Positions 52,058 to 64,000 of a DNA stretch of 64,000 nt are shown here, piece after piece. The notes under the pieces were generated by a model. That model saw nothing but the letters and a program-made list of their open reading frames with translations. It was not told the DNA's origin and did not search any database. Each line of letters starts with the position of its first letter. Within the stretch, counting starts at the first letter, position 1. Source of the DNA: Octopus sinensis (Eukaryota); NCBI RefSeq assembly GCF_006345805.1, contig NW_021833028.1:124001-188000 (forward strand). The letters run 5' to 3'. The position numbers and the translations under genes are program-made.

Positions 52058-54543
52058 CAGTGGTCGTCAAAAAAAATTGCTCACCAATGTTTATGTCTTT
52101 ATATAGCATTATTCTGATTTATTTTTTTGTAAACATCTTTAAGTAGTATTTCATTATTATACCTTAATTTTTATAATAAAATTTTTCTTTTTTATTTACA
52201 AACTTAAACAAAAACAAAAAATTGCAAGACAAAAAACATTAGCACAAATTTGGAAATCTCATTATCAGTAATTATTATGTCCTCCACTTGCTAAATATAA
52301 AGAATAACTCCTTTTTCTCATTGAATTTACTAAGTTTTGTAAAAAACTTTTAGGAATTGACTGCCAAATTTTCATAATATTTGTCTTTAGATCCTCTTTA
52401 CTTTTCGGGGGATTTTTAGCTAATTCTCTTTTCATAAAGCACCATACATGCTCTATTGCAGGCATTCTCAACCTTTTTTTGTTCATCGCCCCCTTAGATA
52501 TTTTATCGCCCCCCTTTGAAATTTTATCGCCCCCTTGTCCACATACAATTTAAAAATTTTGGGCATTGTCCCTTAATTGGTTGTTTTTTGTATATAACTC
52601 AAAAATCAAAATATAAAATAATAAATCAAATGTAAAAAATTGAATTTTTATTAAAAATTATTAGTGAGACCCTTGATATTGATGTTTACTCGCTAAATAT
52701 TCTATGTCGGGTTTAAATCCCATTAAAACAGCTTTAGCTTTCATCAATTTGTAATGAAAACTTACTTCGCTTCAGTCTTTCAATAAGGATTTCCTTTACA
52801 TTGTCACCCATTTTATCAATTCTTCGACGAATCACCTGAACGTGTTAGTTAATGGTTAAGACGGTGATTTTGTTTGGCTTAAATAATAATCGAATCATTG
52901 CTAAGAGGTAGACTTTTAATAATTTTAGAAGCATCTTGATGCATTACATCCGATATTATTACTTCCAGTGATGGAATTATTGCATTTTCTGGGATAGTAT
53001 GAGAACTGGAAGTTTTCGCAATAATTTCAGCAATTTTATAAGAAGCGATGTGCGCACCCACAACTACATATAAATAAATGTTAAATAACCATCATGTACT
53101 GGCTTTGTGAATAACGATTTGATCGTTTTCTTATTTTCAAAATTGTATTTTAAATTTTGAAAATATTCAATCGGCTTTGACATTTTATCCGGGTGCTTGC
53201 GTTTTACATGATCCTGTAATCGTGATGGCTTCATCGACTCATTTGAGAAAGAACATTGACAAATAAGACAATAAGGCTGTTTTGTATCTTCAGTACTTTG
53301 AATAAACCCATATTTTAAATATTCGTTTTGATAATGACGACTTTTCTTATTTGAGCGAGAAGACATCTTAGATACCAAACAAGAATGTAAAAACAGCGTG
53401 CTATTTTAAAATTGCCCCCTTGTAAAAAATTATCGCCCCCCTGTACAAAATTTTCGCCCCTAGGGAAGCGATTCGCCCCCGGTTGAGAACACCTGCTCTA
53501 TTGGATTAAGATCCGGTGATTGCGATGGCCAATCAAGAATAACATATTTTTTGGTTTCGAAATATGCCTTAACCATACGAGATGTATGGCATGGAGCATT
53601 ATCCTGTTGAAAAATAAACGAGGATAAGCCATTTTTTCAGCTGATTGGTCCTGATTATTAGACAGTAAATTTATATAATATCCAGAGTTCATAGTTTCTT
53701 CGATAAAAACCAAATTGCCTACACCACTATACAATATACAGCCCCAAATCATAACTCTCCCTACTCCGAACTTAACAGTCGGCAGCAAATGTGCATTTTT
53801 TAACTTCGTTTTATTTTTTCTGTAAACAACCTGATGTTTTCTGTTGTTAAAAACATCGAACATTGACTCATCTGAGAATATCACCGATTTCCATGTACTA
53901 TCGGATATCGATAAAAATCGTAGTGACGCAGACCATATCGAAATAATATTTTTTGAGAAAGCAATGGCTTTCTTTTTGCTACACGACAATATACCCCATT
54001 TTTATTCAAAGTTCTCAGAATTGTCCTAGGGGAAACATCAATATTGAAAGTTTCTTTAGTTTTGTTGGACAAATCCACTGTCAACAATGTAGGATGTGAT
54101 TCGGATTCATTACATAAAAATTGTATTTGGGGGGAACTTAGTTTCGGAAGACGTCCTGAGCCCGGTCTCCGATGCAGTGTTCCAAATTCTCGAAATTTTC
54201 GAATATTAAATGAAATTGTGGAATACGGCAAATTAAGTATTTTTGAGATTTCTCTGATTGATTTACCCTCTTTAAAGTACGCAATAATCATACCTTTTTT
54301 AAATTCAGTTAACTGTTTCTTGGGAGAACGTGACATATGCAATAACAAGAAAGGTGAGCAATGTTTTTTGTCACGAGATTTAAATTTTTATGCTTTAAAT
54401 TCCTTATATTAAAATAAAATCGCATAAATAAATTAATATACTTAAGAATTAGAATAAAAAATGAAGCGTAAGATTAAATTTTTTATTAATTTGTCAATAA
54501 AAGCATGAAAAAATGGCTGAGCAAATTTTTTTGACGAGCACTG
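52058..54543 (-). mobile_element. Tc1 element, full length but frameshifted, TA TSD
   Basis: TIRs cagtggtcgtcaaaaaaaattgctca and tgagcaaatttttttgacgagcactg; HTH, VIFSDE, SPDLNPIEHVW split by the hAT. Confidence 0.93.
52459..53495 (-). mobile_element. Buster-type hAT deletion derivative with 8-bp TSD ctctattg
   Basis: TIRs caggcattctcaacc and ggttgagaacacctg; tcgcccc subterminal repeats; BED finger YLKYGF..PYCLIC; TSD at 52451-52458 and 53496-53503. Confidence 0.93.
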
Positions 54544-54805
54544 TATTATTTGATTGATGCGTTGATTCCATTTAAAATGTCCTTTTTCAACCGTTGTCTT
54601 GAAAGATGAACTGAAAGGTCACAAGTAAACATTTCTTGTGCTCCAAACACATCCTGGACCACATTTTCTACGGTATTTTGGCGTTTTCTTTGGATTGTCT
54701 CCGTAGATTGGTCGTCAGAGAGGTTTCTGTTCACATTGTCAAAAACCAACAAAAGTCAAAATATTCATATTCGACATAAGTGAGCCACCTCATCCAAAAA
54801 ATAAA

Positions 54806-55497
54806 TGTGACCGGTTCATAATGAGATACGGTTGAATACGAGCCGCTAAAAAGATCGATAATTAATATACCGATTCAAAAGGCCAATTACAATAAAGGCA
54901 AACGTTCCGAACTAATGATTGAACTTTAAATTTTTGAAAAAATGATGTTTTATATTTGAACCATGTTTGCTTTAAAATAGTAAAATTATTTACAATATTA
55001 GCAAATTATAATGTGAATTATTTTTATTTTTGATATTATAAATTGCAACATTAGCAAATTACAAGTTTGTAACAACTTTAACTCTAATCTTAATTTTAAC
55101 TCTAACTATAAATGATTTCAACGTTATTTATAAACATATTCATCATAAAAAGACACTAAAGAAAACAGACCCTAACCCTAATCCCTGACCCTGACGCTAA
55201 CCCTGACGCTAACCCAGACCCTAACCCTGATCCTAACCCTGACGCCTAACCCAGACCCTAACCCTGATCCTAACCCTAACCCTGATCCTAACCCTGATCC
55301 TAACCCTGATCCTAACCCTGATCCTAACCCTGATCCTAACCCTGATCCTAACCCTGATCCTAACCCTGATCCTACCCCTGATCCTAACCCTAATATGATT
55401 TAACGGCATTCACGCCATTTAACGGCTCGTATAACGCCACTTTGACGGCTCGTTTAACGGCTCGTATTCAACCTGGGCTCGTATTCAACCGGTCACA
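54806..55497. mobile_element. Non-autonomous TIR element (MITE-like) enclosing a telomere-like array
   Basis: 11-bp TIR tgtgaccggtt/aaccggtcaca; 16-bp subterminal IR ggttgaatacgagccg/cggctcgtattcaacc; no ORF. Confidence 0.7.
55170..55393. repeat. Tandem array of CCCTAA variants, mostly the 12-mer CCCTGATCCTAA
   Basis: About 224 bp of hexamers CCCTAA, CCCTGA, TCCTAA, CGCTAA, CCCAGA. Confidence 0.95.
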
Positions 55498-55979
55498 ATA
55501 AATAAATTATAGAACAAAATAGATTAATTCTTTTTATCTCAATATAATTCTATATCTCAATATAACTTATTATTAAATCGATTTTAAAAATAGATATTTA
55601 ATTTATAATAGTTTGGTTTGTTTGAGTGTTAATGGGAAAATAGATATTTATTTTATAATAGTTTGGTTTGTTTTAGTGTTAATGGGAAATTTGACATATT
55701 TATTCAAGCCTGGCCCATATTTTTCATATTATTTGAGTCAAATCAGTCAAATTAAACTTATCCTACTTTCATTCTTGTTGATTTGGATTATACTGTCTTC
55801 CTTAGCCCTGGTTTTGCTCTGGTTTATGTATGCCGATACAATAAAAGACAACATTTTGACAAGTTTCCTTTTTTACTAATTTCAGGCCCATCTGATCTCC
55901 CGAACAAATTTGATTAAGAGAAGTTAAATTGAAACTTGTTTTTTGAACTTTTTTAATTGTTTATTTTAATTTCCTGACA

Positions 55980-57990
55980 GCATTCCCTCATAGTAAAGAT
56001 TTTAATTTCCTAAACCACATCCCCAGACTTAACCTTGTGTTCCCCTAAATTAGTACCAATTATTTTTTGGACGGTAAACTATGACCAGTGATCACAATTC
56101 AATCATCATACGGATAAACTGTTCTCCAATGACCCGAGAGAAATATGATTCCTACTATGATTACAATTATGAAAAATGGTCGGCTTATAAGAAATACGTC
56201 GATACGAAACTTTCCACATTCTATCCGGGACCCAACTCCCTCAATAGGGCAGCCCAATACTTCAAATGTCCAAAAACGTTTCCGGAAAATATCAAAAAGA
56301 AAACAAAATCCAGAAATTGTCAAACTGATAAAGGAAAGAAACTTCAAACGCAAAAAATTTCTAACCAAAGAAACAACTAAGAGAATAAGGACACTGAATA
56401 TGGCGATCCGGAGCAAGGTAGACAGTCAAAAAAGCAAGAAGCTGGGGAGGATATCATCAGCTATGAAAAGGAATAGTCCACTGTCTAGGATGTGGAAGAT
56501 GCTACGTAAATTTCGGGACTATGATGCACAGACAGCACTGTGTCTCAATCAGCTACAAACCATATCAGAAACACAATAGGCCACCAAATTCTGTGCGAAA
56601 ACCAAAAAAGGGACATCTATCAACCCATTTTCTACCTGGTCAGACGGAATATCAATGATTCTGCTCAATAAACTGGGCCCTGTAGCTATCACGGCATTAA
56701 CGGCCACCTACAACCATTCAGTAAATGAAAACAGTATTCCAAATATATGGAAACAATCCAAAATCCATCCAATCTTAAAACCTGGGAAGGAGAGGAACGA
56801 ACCAGGATCATATAGGCCAATATCTCTATTTTGTGCCCCTTCGAGAATTCTTGAAAAGTTGATTCTTTGCAGTATTTTATCCCGGAAGCAGGCTTTCAAC
56901 ATGGCTTCAAGAAAGGACTGCCAACAACATCTCATCTATCGTCCCTGGAAAAATTTATTACAAAAGGGTTGGAAAGGAAACCTAAACAGGAAAAAACGAT
57001 TGTATACTCAATTGATATTCACAAGGCTTTTGACACGGTCTCCCGAAAAATTCTTACGCAGAAAATTTACTCGTTGAATATTTAACCAAATTTAAAACTA
57101 TGGCTTGCCAATTTTCTGAATGAACGTGGAGGTAGAATCTACAAGGGCAATCGAAGATCTGTATCGATGCTACTACCGAATGGAGTGCCACAAGGTTCCC
57201 TTTATCCCTCGTATTATTCAACCTAATGTTGAACGATATGCCTCTTCCTGAAAACAAGAATGACATTTTACTATCATATGCGGATGATATATTCGTTGCA
57301 TCGAGGGATATATGTGTCAGCGAAGCTACAAGAAGATTGCAGAAAAATATAAATAACCTGTGTATATGGCTCAATGCCAATCTGTTGAAAGCAAGCCCGG
57401 AAAAGTCTGAGATAACCTTATTCACAACTAACAAAAGACTGGGGAATTTGTCGATAAATGTGACCATGGAAGGGAAATCAATTCCTCAAAATAAAACTCT
57501 AAAGATAATAGGGATTACCTTTGACACCTTTCTAACCTTTACTCCCCATACGGAAAACGTGTTGACGAAATGCAATAAGAAATTAAACTTTTCTAAAGCA
57601 TTTCTTGGAAACTTGGAAGACGCCAAAGGAACTTACGGATTAGAGTCTCTATACACTCAATACATTAAACCTACAATTGGTTACGGATGTACAGTATGAG
57701 GAAGCAATCTAGCATATACAAATTAAAAAAATCGACAATATTCAAATGGAGATTGTAAACCTCCTAGTGAATGTCACGGGGAACAAAATTCAACCAAAGG
57801 GACTAGAAGAAATCGTGAAAGAAAACGGTGGAGACCTCAGGAAAAAAGACCATGTTAGGGATCCCCAACCTTTTAGACAATGCACTGTAGAACACAGAGA
57901 AAAGATGCGAAGGTTTCTAAAAGAGGCTGGGATCATCTGAAATAGCTAATTATGATTATGACGGTGTTTTTGGTCCTAATAAAAAATTAA
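55980..57990 (+). mobile_element. 5'-truncated LINE (end of APE endonuclease plus RT), related to the 20565 element
   Basis: SDHNSI endonuclease end; KPGKERNEPGSYRPISL, DIHKAFD, GVPQGSLI, YADD; ends KEAGII*; several frameshifts. Confidence 0.92.
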
Positions 57991-58159
57991 AAAAAATAGT
58001 GCTATAGAAACAACGTATAAATCATGATTCCATCTCTCGTACTTTATAGTAGGCTTGTCTCCTATAAGAAAGGTGGGAATATTTAAGACTTGTTCTTCAA
58101 GATGGAGGATCTAACCTAATTATTTATTCATGTTTTATTAAATAATTTCATTGTTATGT

Positions 58160-61156
58160 CTATTTAAACTGTTTTATGTTTTTTCGAAGAGAACTGATTT
58201 GAGATTTAAGACTAGAGATCGTCTTTTCAAAATCCTTTTGTCAAAAAGCTTTTCAAACCTCTCTAACAGACGTTGGAAGTTGGTTCATCGAAGATTCTTC
58301 ATATTCAATTTTCATTTTACGTAACTTCAAGTCAACTAATTTATCAAAAATACTGCTGATTGATAATTGCTCTGACTTTCGACAAGAGCCTCTTTAAGTT
58401 GCTGAATAACTCGATCTTTGCGATTGCTTTCATGTACAGCCAACTAATAATTATTCATATTTTCCAGCCTTGAAGCGTTCATTTGTTTTTATATCTTTCG
58501 CTCCAATTTCCATCATACATGACTCCAACTCCGCGTACTTTGATTCCCAGGTACTTATATCGTTTTTGTGAATATTTTGCAATGCAGCGTGCCTTTCCGC
58601 TAACTGTTCATATGCCTATCAATGACAGGCTACTTTTAAACCCGTTTGGATTGGTGCTTGGTTGTTTGTAGCTCTTGGTTTATCTTGTTATATTTATCTT
58701 CTTGCTAAATATTATTAATGTAAATGATTAGTGCCTCTTTAATTAGCAGTTCTCGTTCTTTTTCATATTTTTGCATTACTTCGTTGAGGCGGAAGGAATT
58801 CTGTTCTGAAACAGATTTTAGCTGTGGAGTAATATATAAATAATACTCTATTTTCGTAATTTTGCTCAATATTTTGTAGAATTTGACAATTATCATTATT
58901 CATTTCGGCACAGTATGCGCTATGGCGGTTGTCCTGATCTTGAATTTGTTGTTTCAATTTTTGAATAATTTGCTCATTTTTGTCAATTGTCTATTCGGTC
59001 AATAAAATTTGTAACATTTTGTAATTTTGTGTTTTTTTCACAAAACTCATTTCTAAACAAATCATGCTCTTTATTCATTTTGGTTTCGGTTGCTTTAAGA
59101 TTTTGTCGATGTAAACTTGCACACTTTTCTAGACCTTCTTTGTATTGTGTTGCGAGCCCGTCAATTTTTGTTTCGTAGTCGTTCACGATGTCTTTAATAC
59201 GTTCTTCTATTTCTGCCTTGCTTTTTTGATGGCCAAGAATAGTTAATTCCTGCTTCTTTTTCAAAATTTCGATTTCTTCAGTCAATTCAGCAATCTTCAA
59301 GTTTAAACAAATCATCAACCTGGTTATCTTTATCGGTAATGACGTACATCCACTTTTCGTCTAAAGCAGTCATTTTCAGTTCATTTTGTGTTCGTTCCTT
59401 TTCCAATTCAGTCTCCAATTTGACATTTTCAATTTTATATTTTCTTAAAAATAGCTCAAATTTTTACTCCAATTTGTTCTGCATTTCAAAATTGAGCTTT
59501 GACGTGTTACTCTCACGCTCGTGGTTGGCGGCAGTCGTTTTGAAAAGCTGCAGTAAAAATGTTTATTTTTACCTCTTCTTCAAAAAGTTTTCTTACTTCA
59601 AACAGTTTTTTATCAAAATTTTCTTCTTGTTTCTTCCAAAGTTAAAAAATTTGACGGACCTGTAATTCTTGCTGTCTCTGAGTTTCGCATTTGTTCAGAC
59701 TTAAGTTTAGGCTCGATATTTCTGACTGAAGTTTGCATATTTTTGTTTTATACTGCAAATATTTGACAAACTATTACTTTAGTACATTCAATGCTTCTTT
59801 CTTGTTGAAGACACTGAATCTCGGCTTTCAGTTCGTCTCTCTGAGACTCGACATTTTTGTTGTATTCTTCAAACATGTATTTGTTTTGGTCATGTTCGAG
59901 TTGGTATCTGGAATTGAATCTATTTAATTATGACTTATTTTTTTCTCGGTTCAGATTTTTGTCGACATGTTCGACCTTTTGTTTCAGTTTTGCATTTTCA
60001 GCTTGTAAGGCAGTGTTGGCCATCGTTAGAGTCCCTGCCTGTTCTATTTGCTCTTGAATTCTTGCTTCCATTTCTTCAATGAATACTTTCTATCATTCAG
60101 TAGGCAGATCTCACCAGAGAACTCATCTGAGCCTCGTTCTCCTCTTGAATTGCTTGAATTCGTTGAAAAGTTTCATCGTTCAGTCGTTTCAGTGCTTCGT
60201 TGTGGTTCAATGCAATTTCTTCCTTTTCTCGTTGGTGATTAATTTCCATCGTAATTTTCTGAATTGGGTGATTAAAACTTACTTTTTCATTCCAATTTGA
60301 CTCGCTTGTAGTCATATTTTGTGCCTGCTTCCTTTTTATGTGATACAGTTGTTCATTGTAGTCCTGTTCGATATAGGTTGCTCTTTTTTCAGAATCCTCC
60401 AAGGCAATCTCCAGTTTCTCGATTCTTTGATCTGAGTTTTCTTTAAGAGTCCTTATTTCTTCATTTTTCTTGTCCAATATCTACAATATTGCACGTTTTT
60501 AAACGTTTCGGATTTCCTGATCAAAGTTTTTTTGAATCTTCACTTGGTCGTCGTAAAATTTTGATTCCAAGATTTTTGTGTTTAATTCGATCTAAAAAGT
60601 TTTTTTCAATACATTTTTAACTTCTTTTTCGATGATTGACTTGAACGGCAAATTAAGCGCCCCAGACTTTGTCGAATCTGGGGATATCTTAAGATAAGAA
60701 TTATTAGACAAAACCCGTCGGGAATCAATTCGGTACTGTTTAAAGTCAATTTTATTTCGAATCTCTTTTTCCCGTCTACTATTCCTAAAATCGATATTCA
60801 ATAATTTGAGAGACTGGATTTGTAGGCCATGAGGACTTGTCGTTGATCTACTAAAACTGTTTTCACCTGGAGGATATTGAAAAATTCCTTCGAGCTTGTT
60901 TTTCCTAAGACAGTCAAGTAGCAAATCGAGGTAAAAATTTCGGAATTTTCTAACATTTTTTTATTTTGTTTTACTTGTCTGTGGTTTCGTAATCTTTGCT
61001 GTTACGGAGATGTTCAATCCAATTATGAGCAGTTTTTTGGTCTTTATTAGCGATTCAATAAATTTTACCCAGATGTAAATTTAGATTGCCTATTAATGAA
61101 TTTGCTTCTTCGATCTTTTTAGAAAATTCTGCGTTAAGTTGATGGTCAACTGACAT
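58160..61156 (-). CDS. CEP112: Centrosomal protein 112-like (N-terminal DUF4485 plus long coiled coil), about 16 micro-introns
   Basis: LNAEF...AHNWIEHL...RNFYLDLLLDCLRKNKLEGIFQYPP (DUF4485); C-terminal LPTSVREDFEKTISSLKSQI matches CEP112 MPASLRQELEDTISSLKSQV. Confidence 0.85.
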
Positions 61157-61329
61157 TTTTAGTTTGGTGAAAATTTTATTGTCGATATGGTTACTTAATA
61201 TTTAAATTGAAAAAAATTACATTAAAATATTAAGTAGTTAATGATTAATCATTGTTAATTTAATTTAAGTTCCTTGTTATTTCTTTTTTTGATAATAGCT
61301 GTTTTTATTTTTAAAAAATGATTACAGGG

Positions 61330-61950
61330 AAAGAAAGAGCACGATCAAAAGGCACATGCGGCTGCACGCTTGATGGAGTGTGCATTATCCCGAACGAAAG
61401 CTGTTCTGATTTGTTGGAACAATCATAACACTTTCCTGGGCTACTTACGTCGCATAGCGACTTCTCCTTTGACTTCATTAATGAAACAAGTCTTTAGAAG
61501 GCCGGTTATTCCTAGATATCTTCACAGTAAGAGGAATGAACGATACCGTTGCCCAAGTTGGCAATTTTTCTCTGTCCTGCAGTATCTGCTGCAGAATTTT
61601 GAAAAACACCAAAAAAGCCATTTTAGTTTTGGAATTAGTGTCAACACACGTTGAATCCCAAGTCAACGATTCTTCATAGGAGTAAGGAAAGGTGGTCATT
61701 CCATCGGGTTTTTTCTTATGTCCACCATCTAGGCCCTCTGGCTCTACCATCAAGGGGAAGCCCGCCAACTCAAGAGTTTGTAAGATAACATTGTTAACAT
61801 GCAACTATTAAGGGTGGTCTTGGATGGGCTATCTAAAATTATTTGTCCTGGCAAAAATGCGTCTGATAGTCAACACCAAAAAACTAAGATCATAATTATC
61901 TCAGTCACAACACAAGACTTTGGTCTAGTAATAGAGAATATTTCGGAAAC
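61330..61950 (-). mobile_element. CRE-clade C-terminal fragment
   Basis: HVNNVILQTLELAGFPLMVEPEGLDGGHKKKPDGMTTFPYSYEESLTWDSTCVDT. Confidence 0.85.
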
Positions 61951-62399
61951 CTTGGCAGGCACAAAACAAGCACACGTCAATGATGGTTATTTTCTCGTGT
62001 CTACAATTTAATTTCAAAAGTTTACACCAGCATCATAATTAAAATGAATCCACTCTACTACTGTCTGTTTTGGAAAATGTCCACAATCACGATCATGGAG
62101 GAAGACTAGGAACACAATCGCGATTACAAGTCTTATTTTTGTCCTGAGACAAACATTTTGCTACTCCAAATTCGTTTCAGTTTTATCATTGTACTTCTGC
62201 ACATTGCCATCCGTTTATTGATTTTCGAGACACAACCACCATCTCTAGTTATCTGACTATCCAGAAAGATATTTTTTTAACACATTCTATGTTTGGCCAT
62301 TATTTTGGTTTTTTTTAATTTATAAAAAGACCAAATATGCACTTTTCCTCCACTCTCAACATTAACTTCCTCAACCCATCCTCTATTTCCGAAAAAAGT

Positions 62400-62900
62400 G
62401 TTATCGTCCGCATATCAAAGATTATTTATATTTAGGCCACCAATTTTAATTCCGATATTATTTCACAATTAAACTTCTTCATAATTTTCTCAGTGTAAAT
62501 ATTAAACAGGAGGAAAAATATAATAAAACCTTGTCTAACATCCCTCTCAATAGTGAAACAATCTGCATAATGAGTTTGCACAAACCTCTTTTGGTCTCTA
62601 TAGAGAAGTTTAATTATCCATATTAGATGACGGGGAACTCCAAATTCTTCCAGCACAACCAGTAGTTTATCTAAGTATATAATGTAAAGTTTTGCGATAA
62701 TCGACAAATTTAAGGAAACTTCTGAGATTCACGGAATTATTGCATAATTTACCAGAGACTGAAAATGTCTCTCTTACCACGACCACGTCTAAAACCAGCA
62801 GGATAAATGAATAGAATCTTTCCAGAAATTGGATATAAACGTTTTTTTATTATCTTAAGAAGTTCATTAAACAAAGTTACAAATCTGGTCATTACTATTT
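62400..62900 (-). mobile_element. RTE-type LINE RT fragment
   Basis: VLEEFGVPRHLIWIIKLLY...FTIERDVRQGFII..LLFNIYTEKIM. Confidence 0.75.
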
Positions 62901-63213
62901 AATTCTTGGTATTGCTTAACGACCGGGAATCTCGATCCTTCTAAAACCTTGTAGACCTTATTACCTCAACCTCAAGATTTATGGAAACAGTTTTTTTAGC
63001 TACACCTACCTGGTTAATGCTGGTTCCTGCACTAAATAATGGTAAAACGTGAGTCATATATTTGTGTAAAAAAGTGATCTAAGACCGAAAAATCAGGGTA
63101 AGGCCACTTGCAAGAATTAGAGTTTTATTTTTTAATAGCTTGGTTTTTACTATTTAAAATTATATTTTAATATTGATGTAAATGTATTAGAATTGTTTCT
63201 ATGGAACTTTAAA

Positions 63214-64000
63214 ATGCCTCCTGAGCAACGCAAGAAAAATTTGTTTGAAAGAAATAAATATACAAAATCGGAGAGAGAAATTGAATTGCGACTATCGTAA
63301 AATATCACTTTATTTCCCAGATTGAACCGACTACATGAAAAAATATTTGAAATAAAAAATAGAAATCGAGATTTGTATTAATCTATCATCACTACTAGAA
63401 TTGCTGAAAACCAAGAATTGGAAGAACGGCGACAAATTCTCACAATTCAAAACGTGAAGAACTAAATTATTTGATTAGAATGAATACATGCAATATTTGA
63501 ATAAAAAAATTGACAAAAGAAGAAACAACATCATTACAGTAGAAGATTACTACCAACAACAACACGACAAATTGGTCAAAGAAAACATAGAAAAAGCAAA
63601 AGAACACGAAAAAGAGAAAAAAGGTGAATTCCAATTTGTATTTTCCGTTGATAGAGCTACAGCGTATCCTTTCTGACAAGCAAAATGTTCTAAAGGAAAC
63701 TCGAGAAAAATTGGTTTCGCTCGATGGGATTAAAGTAAGAACAATTATAATCCCAAAACAGAAAATTTATGACGAAAATGTTTCTAAGATATCGAATATA
63801 GAGAAAAAAATTAACGAACGCACAATTTCGTTCTCCTTGCAGTTTAAAGAACTCCAAGCAAATGCAATGAAGAACGCTCTTTCGAATAATAGATCTGCTC
63901 AAAATGCAATCAAGTCATTACAGCTGGATATCAACAATGTATAGTTTTTAGGTCATTTAGAACGTAATTCAATGTATGGAAGATTTTTCTAAAAATATAA
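63214..64000 (+). CDS. DUF4515-family coiled-coil protein (CCDC166/CCDC121-like), runs off the window
   Basis: Six 22-31 nt GT-AG introns give an open frame MPPEQRKK...NQELEERRQILTIQNNEYMQYLNKKIDKRRNNIITVEDYYQQ, resembling CCDC166. Confidence 0.65.

Larger units (their letters stand above)
49620..54790 (-). mobile_element. R4-clade non-LTR retrotransposon, degenerate, interrupted by Tc1
   Basis: RT (WKASGCDG, DLRPITC, GILQGDSL, AINEHAVSLYNYYIG), CxxC..H...C knuckle, NKPDIFVHDK...IEVGI RLE; reading frame resumes across the Tc1 TA. Confidence 0.9.

Noticed and set aside
55170-55393. CRISPR array or true chromosome end
   Set aside because: No unique spacers and no cas genes; the array is internal and bounded by inverted repeats.
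54796-55507. 9-bp Mutator-type TSD for the telomere-like element
   Set aside because: Flanks (aaaaataaa versus ataaataaa) are low-complexity and mismatched, so the superfamily is not assigned.
4650-58360. Single-base frameshifts in conserved genes (FBXL start ~4655, MFS ~12110, GALK2 ~31842, NUP107 ~44050, CEP112 ~58348) as programmed frameshifting or U-insertion editing
   Set aside because: All are fixed by adding one base to a homopolymer run, the typical long-read consensus error. Accurate reads versus cDNA would be needed to claim biology.
1-64000. Reassigned stop codons (ciliate-like code)
   Set aside because: In-frame TAA/TAG fall in removable micro-introns, and long exons read normally in the standard code.
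1-64000. Many 60-130 aa ORFs in the supplied track (e.g. 11856-12062, 39487-39711, 58987-59665, 60048-60300, 63467-63902)
   Set aside because: They are antisense or off-frame shadows of real genes or TE coding regions.

Overview
AT-rich eukaryotic nuclear DNA in the standard genetic code; not prokaryotic, no CRISPR. About 12 compact host genes can be reconstructed by splicing out very short (~22-39 nt, mostly 23-28 nt) spliceosomal introns: an F-box/LRR gene, FAM183/CFAP144, an SLC16-like MFS transporter, MICU1, POLR1E, a Cpes-like CDP-alcohol phosphotransferase, GALK2, NUP107, QRSL1/GatA, PYM1, CEP112 and a CCDC166-like gene. They lie in small islands within a dense field of transposon remnants (Tc1/mariner, pogo, three hAT types, Ginger-like integrases, and I-group, RTE, R4 and CRE non-LTR retrotransposons), often nested with readable target-site duplications. 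Tiny introns, ciliary genes and animal-type genes suggest a reduced metazoan parasite such as a dicyemid (inference only). Gene names come from my recognition of motifs, not from database searches. Several conserved genes show single-base homopolymer frameshifts, so the assembly probably has indel errors. Main leads: a possible 10.5-kb hAT-bounded segment with a perfect 8-bp TSD enclosing a host gene, GC-AG and possible GT-TG micro-introns, a TIR element carrying a telomere-derived 12-mer array, an unexplained multi-hairpin island, and non-site-specific CRE-clade elements. No single novel system is proven from sequence alone.
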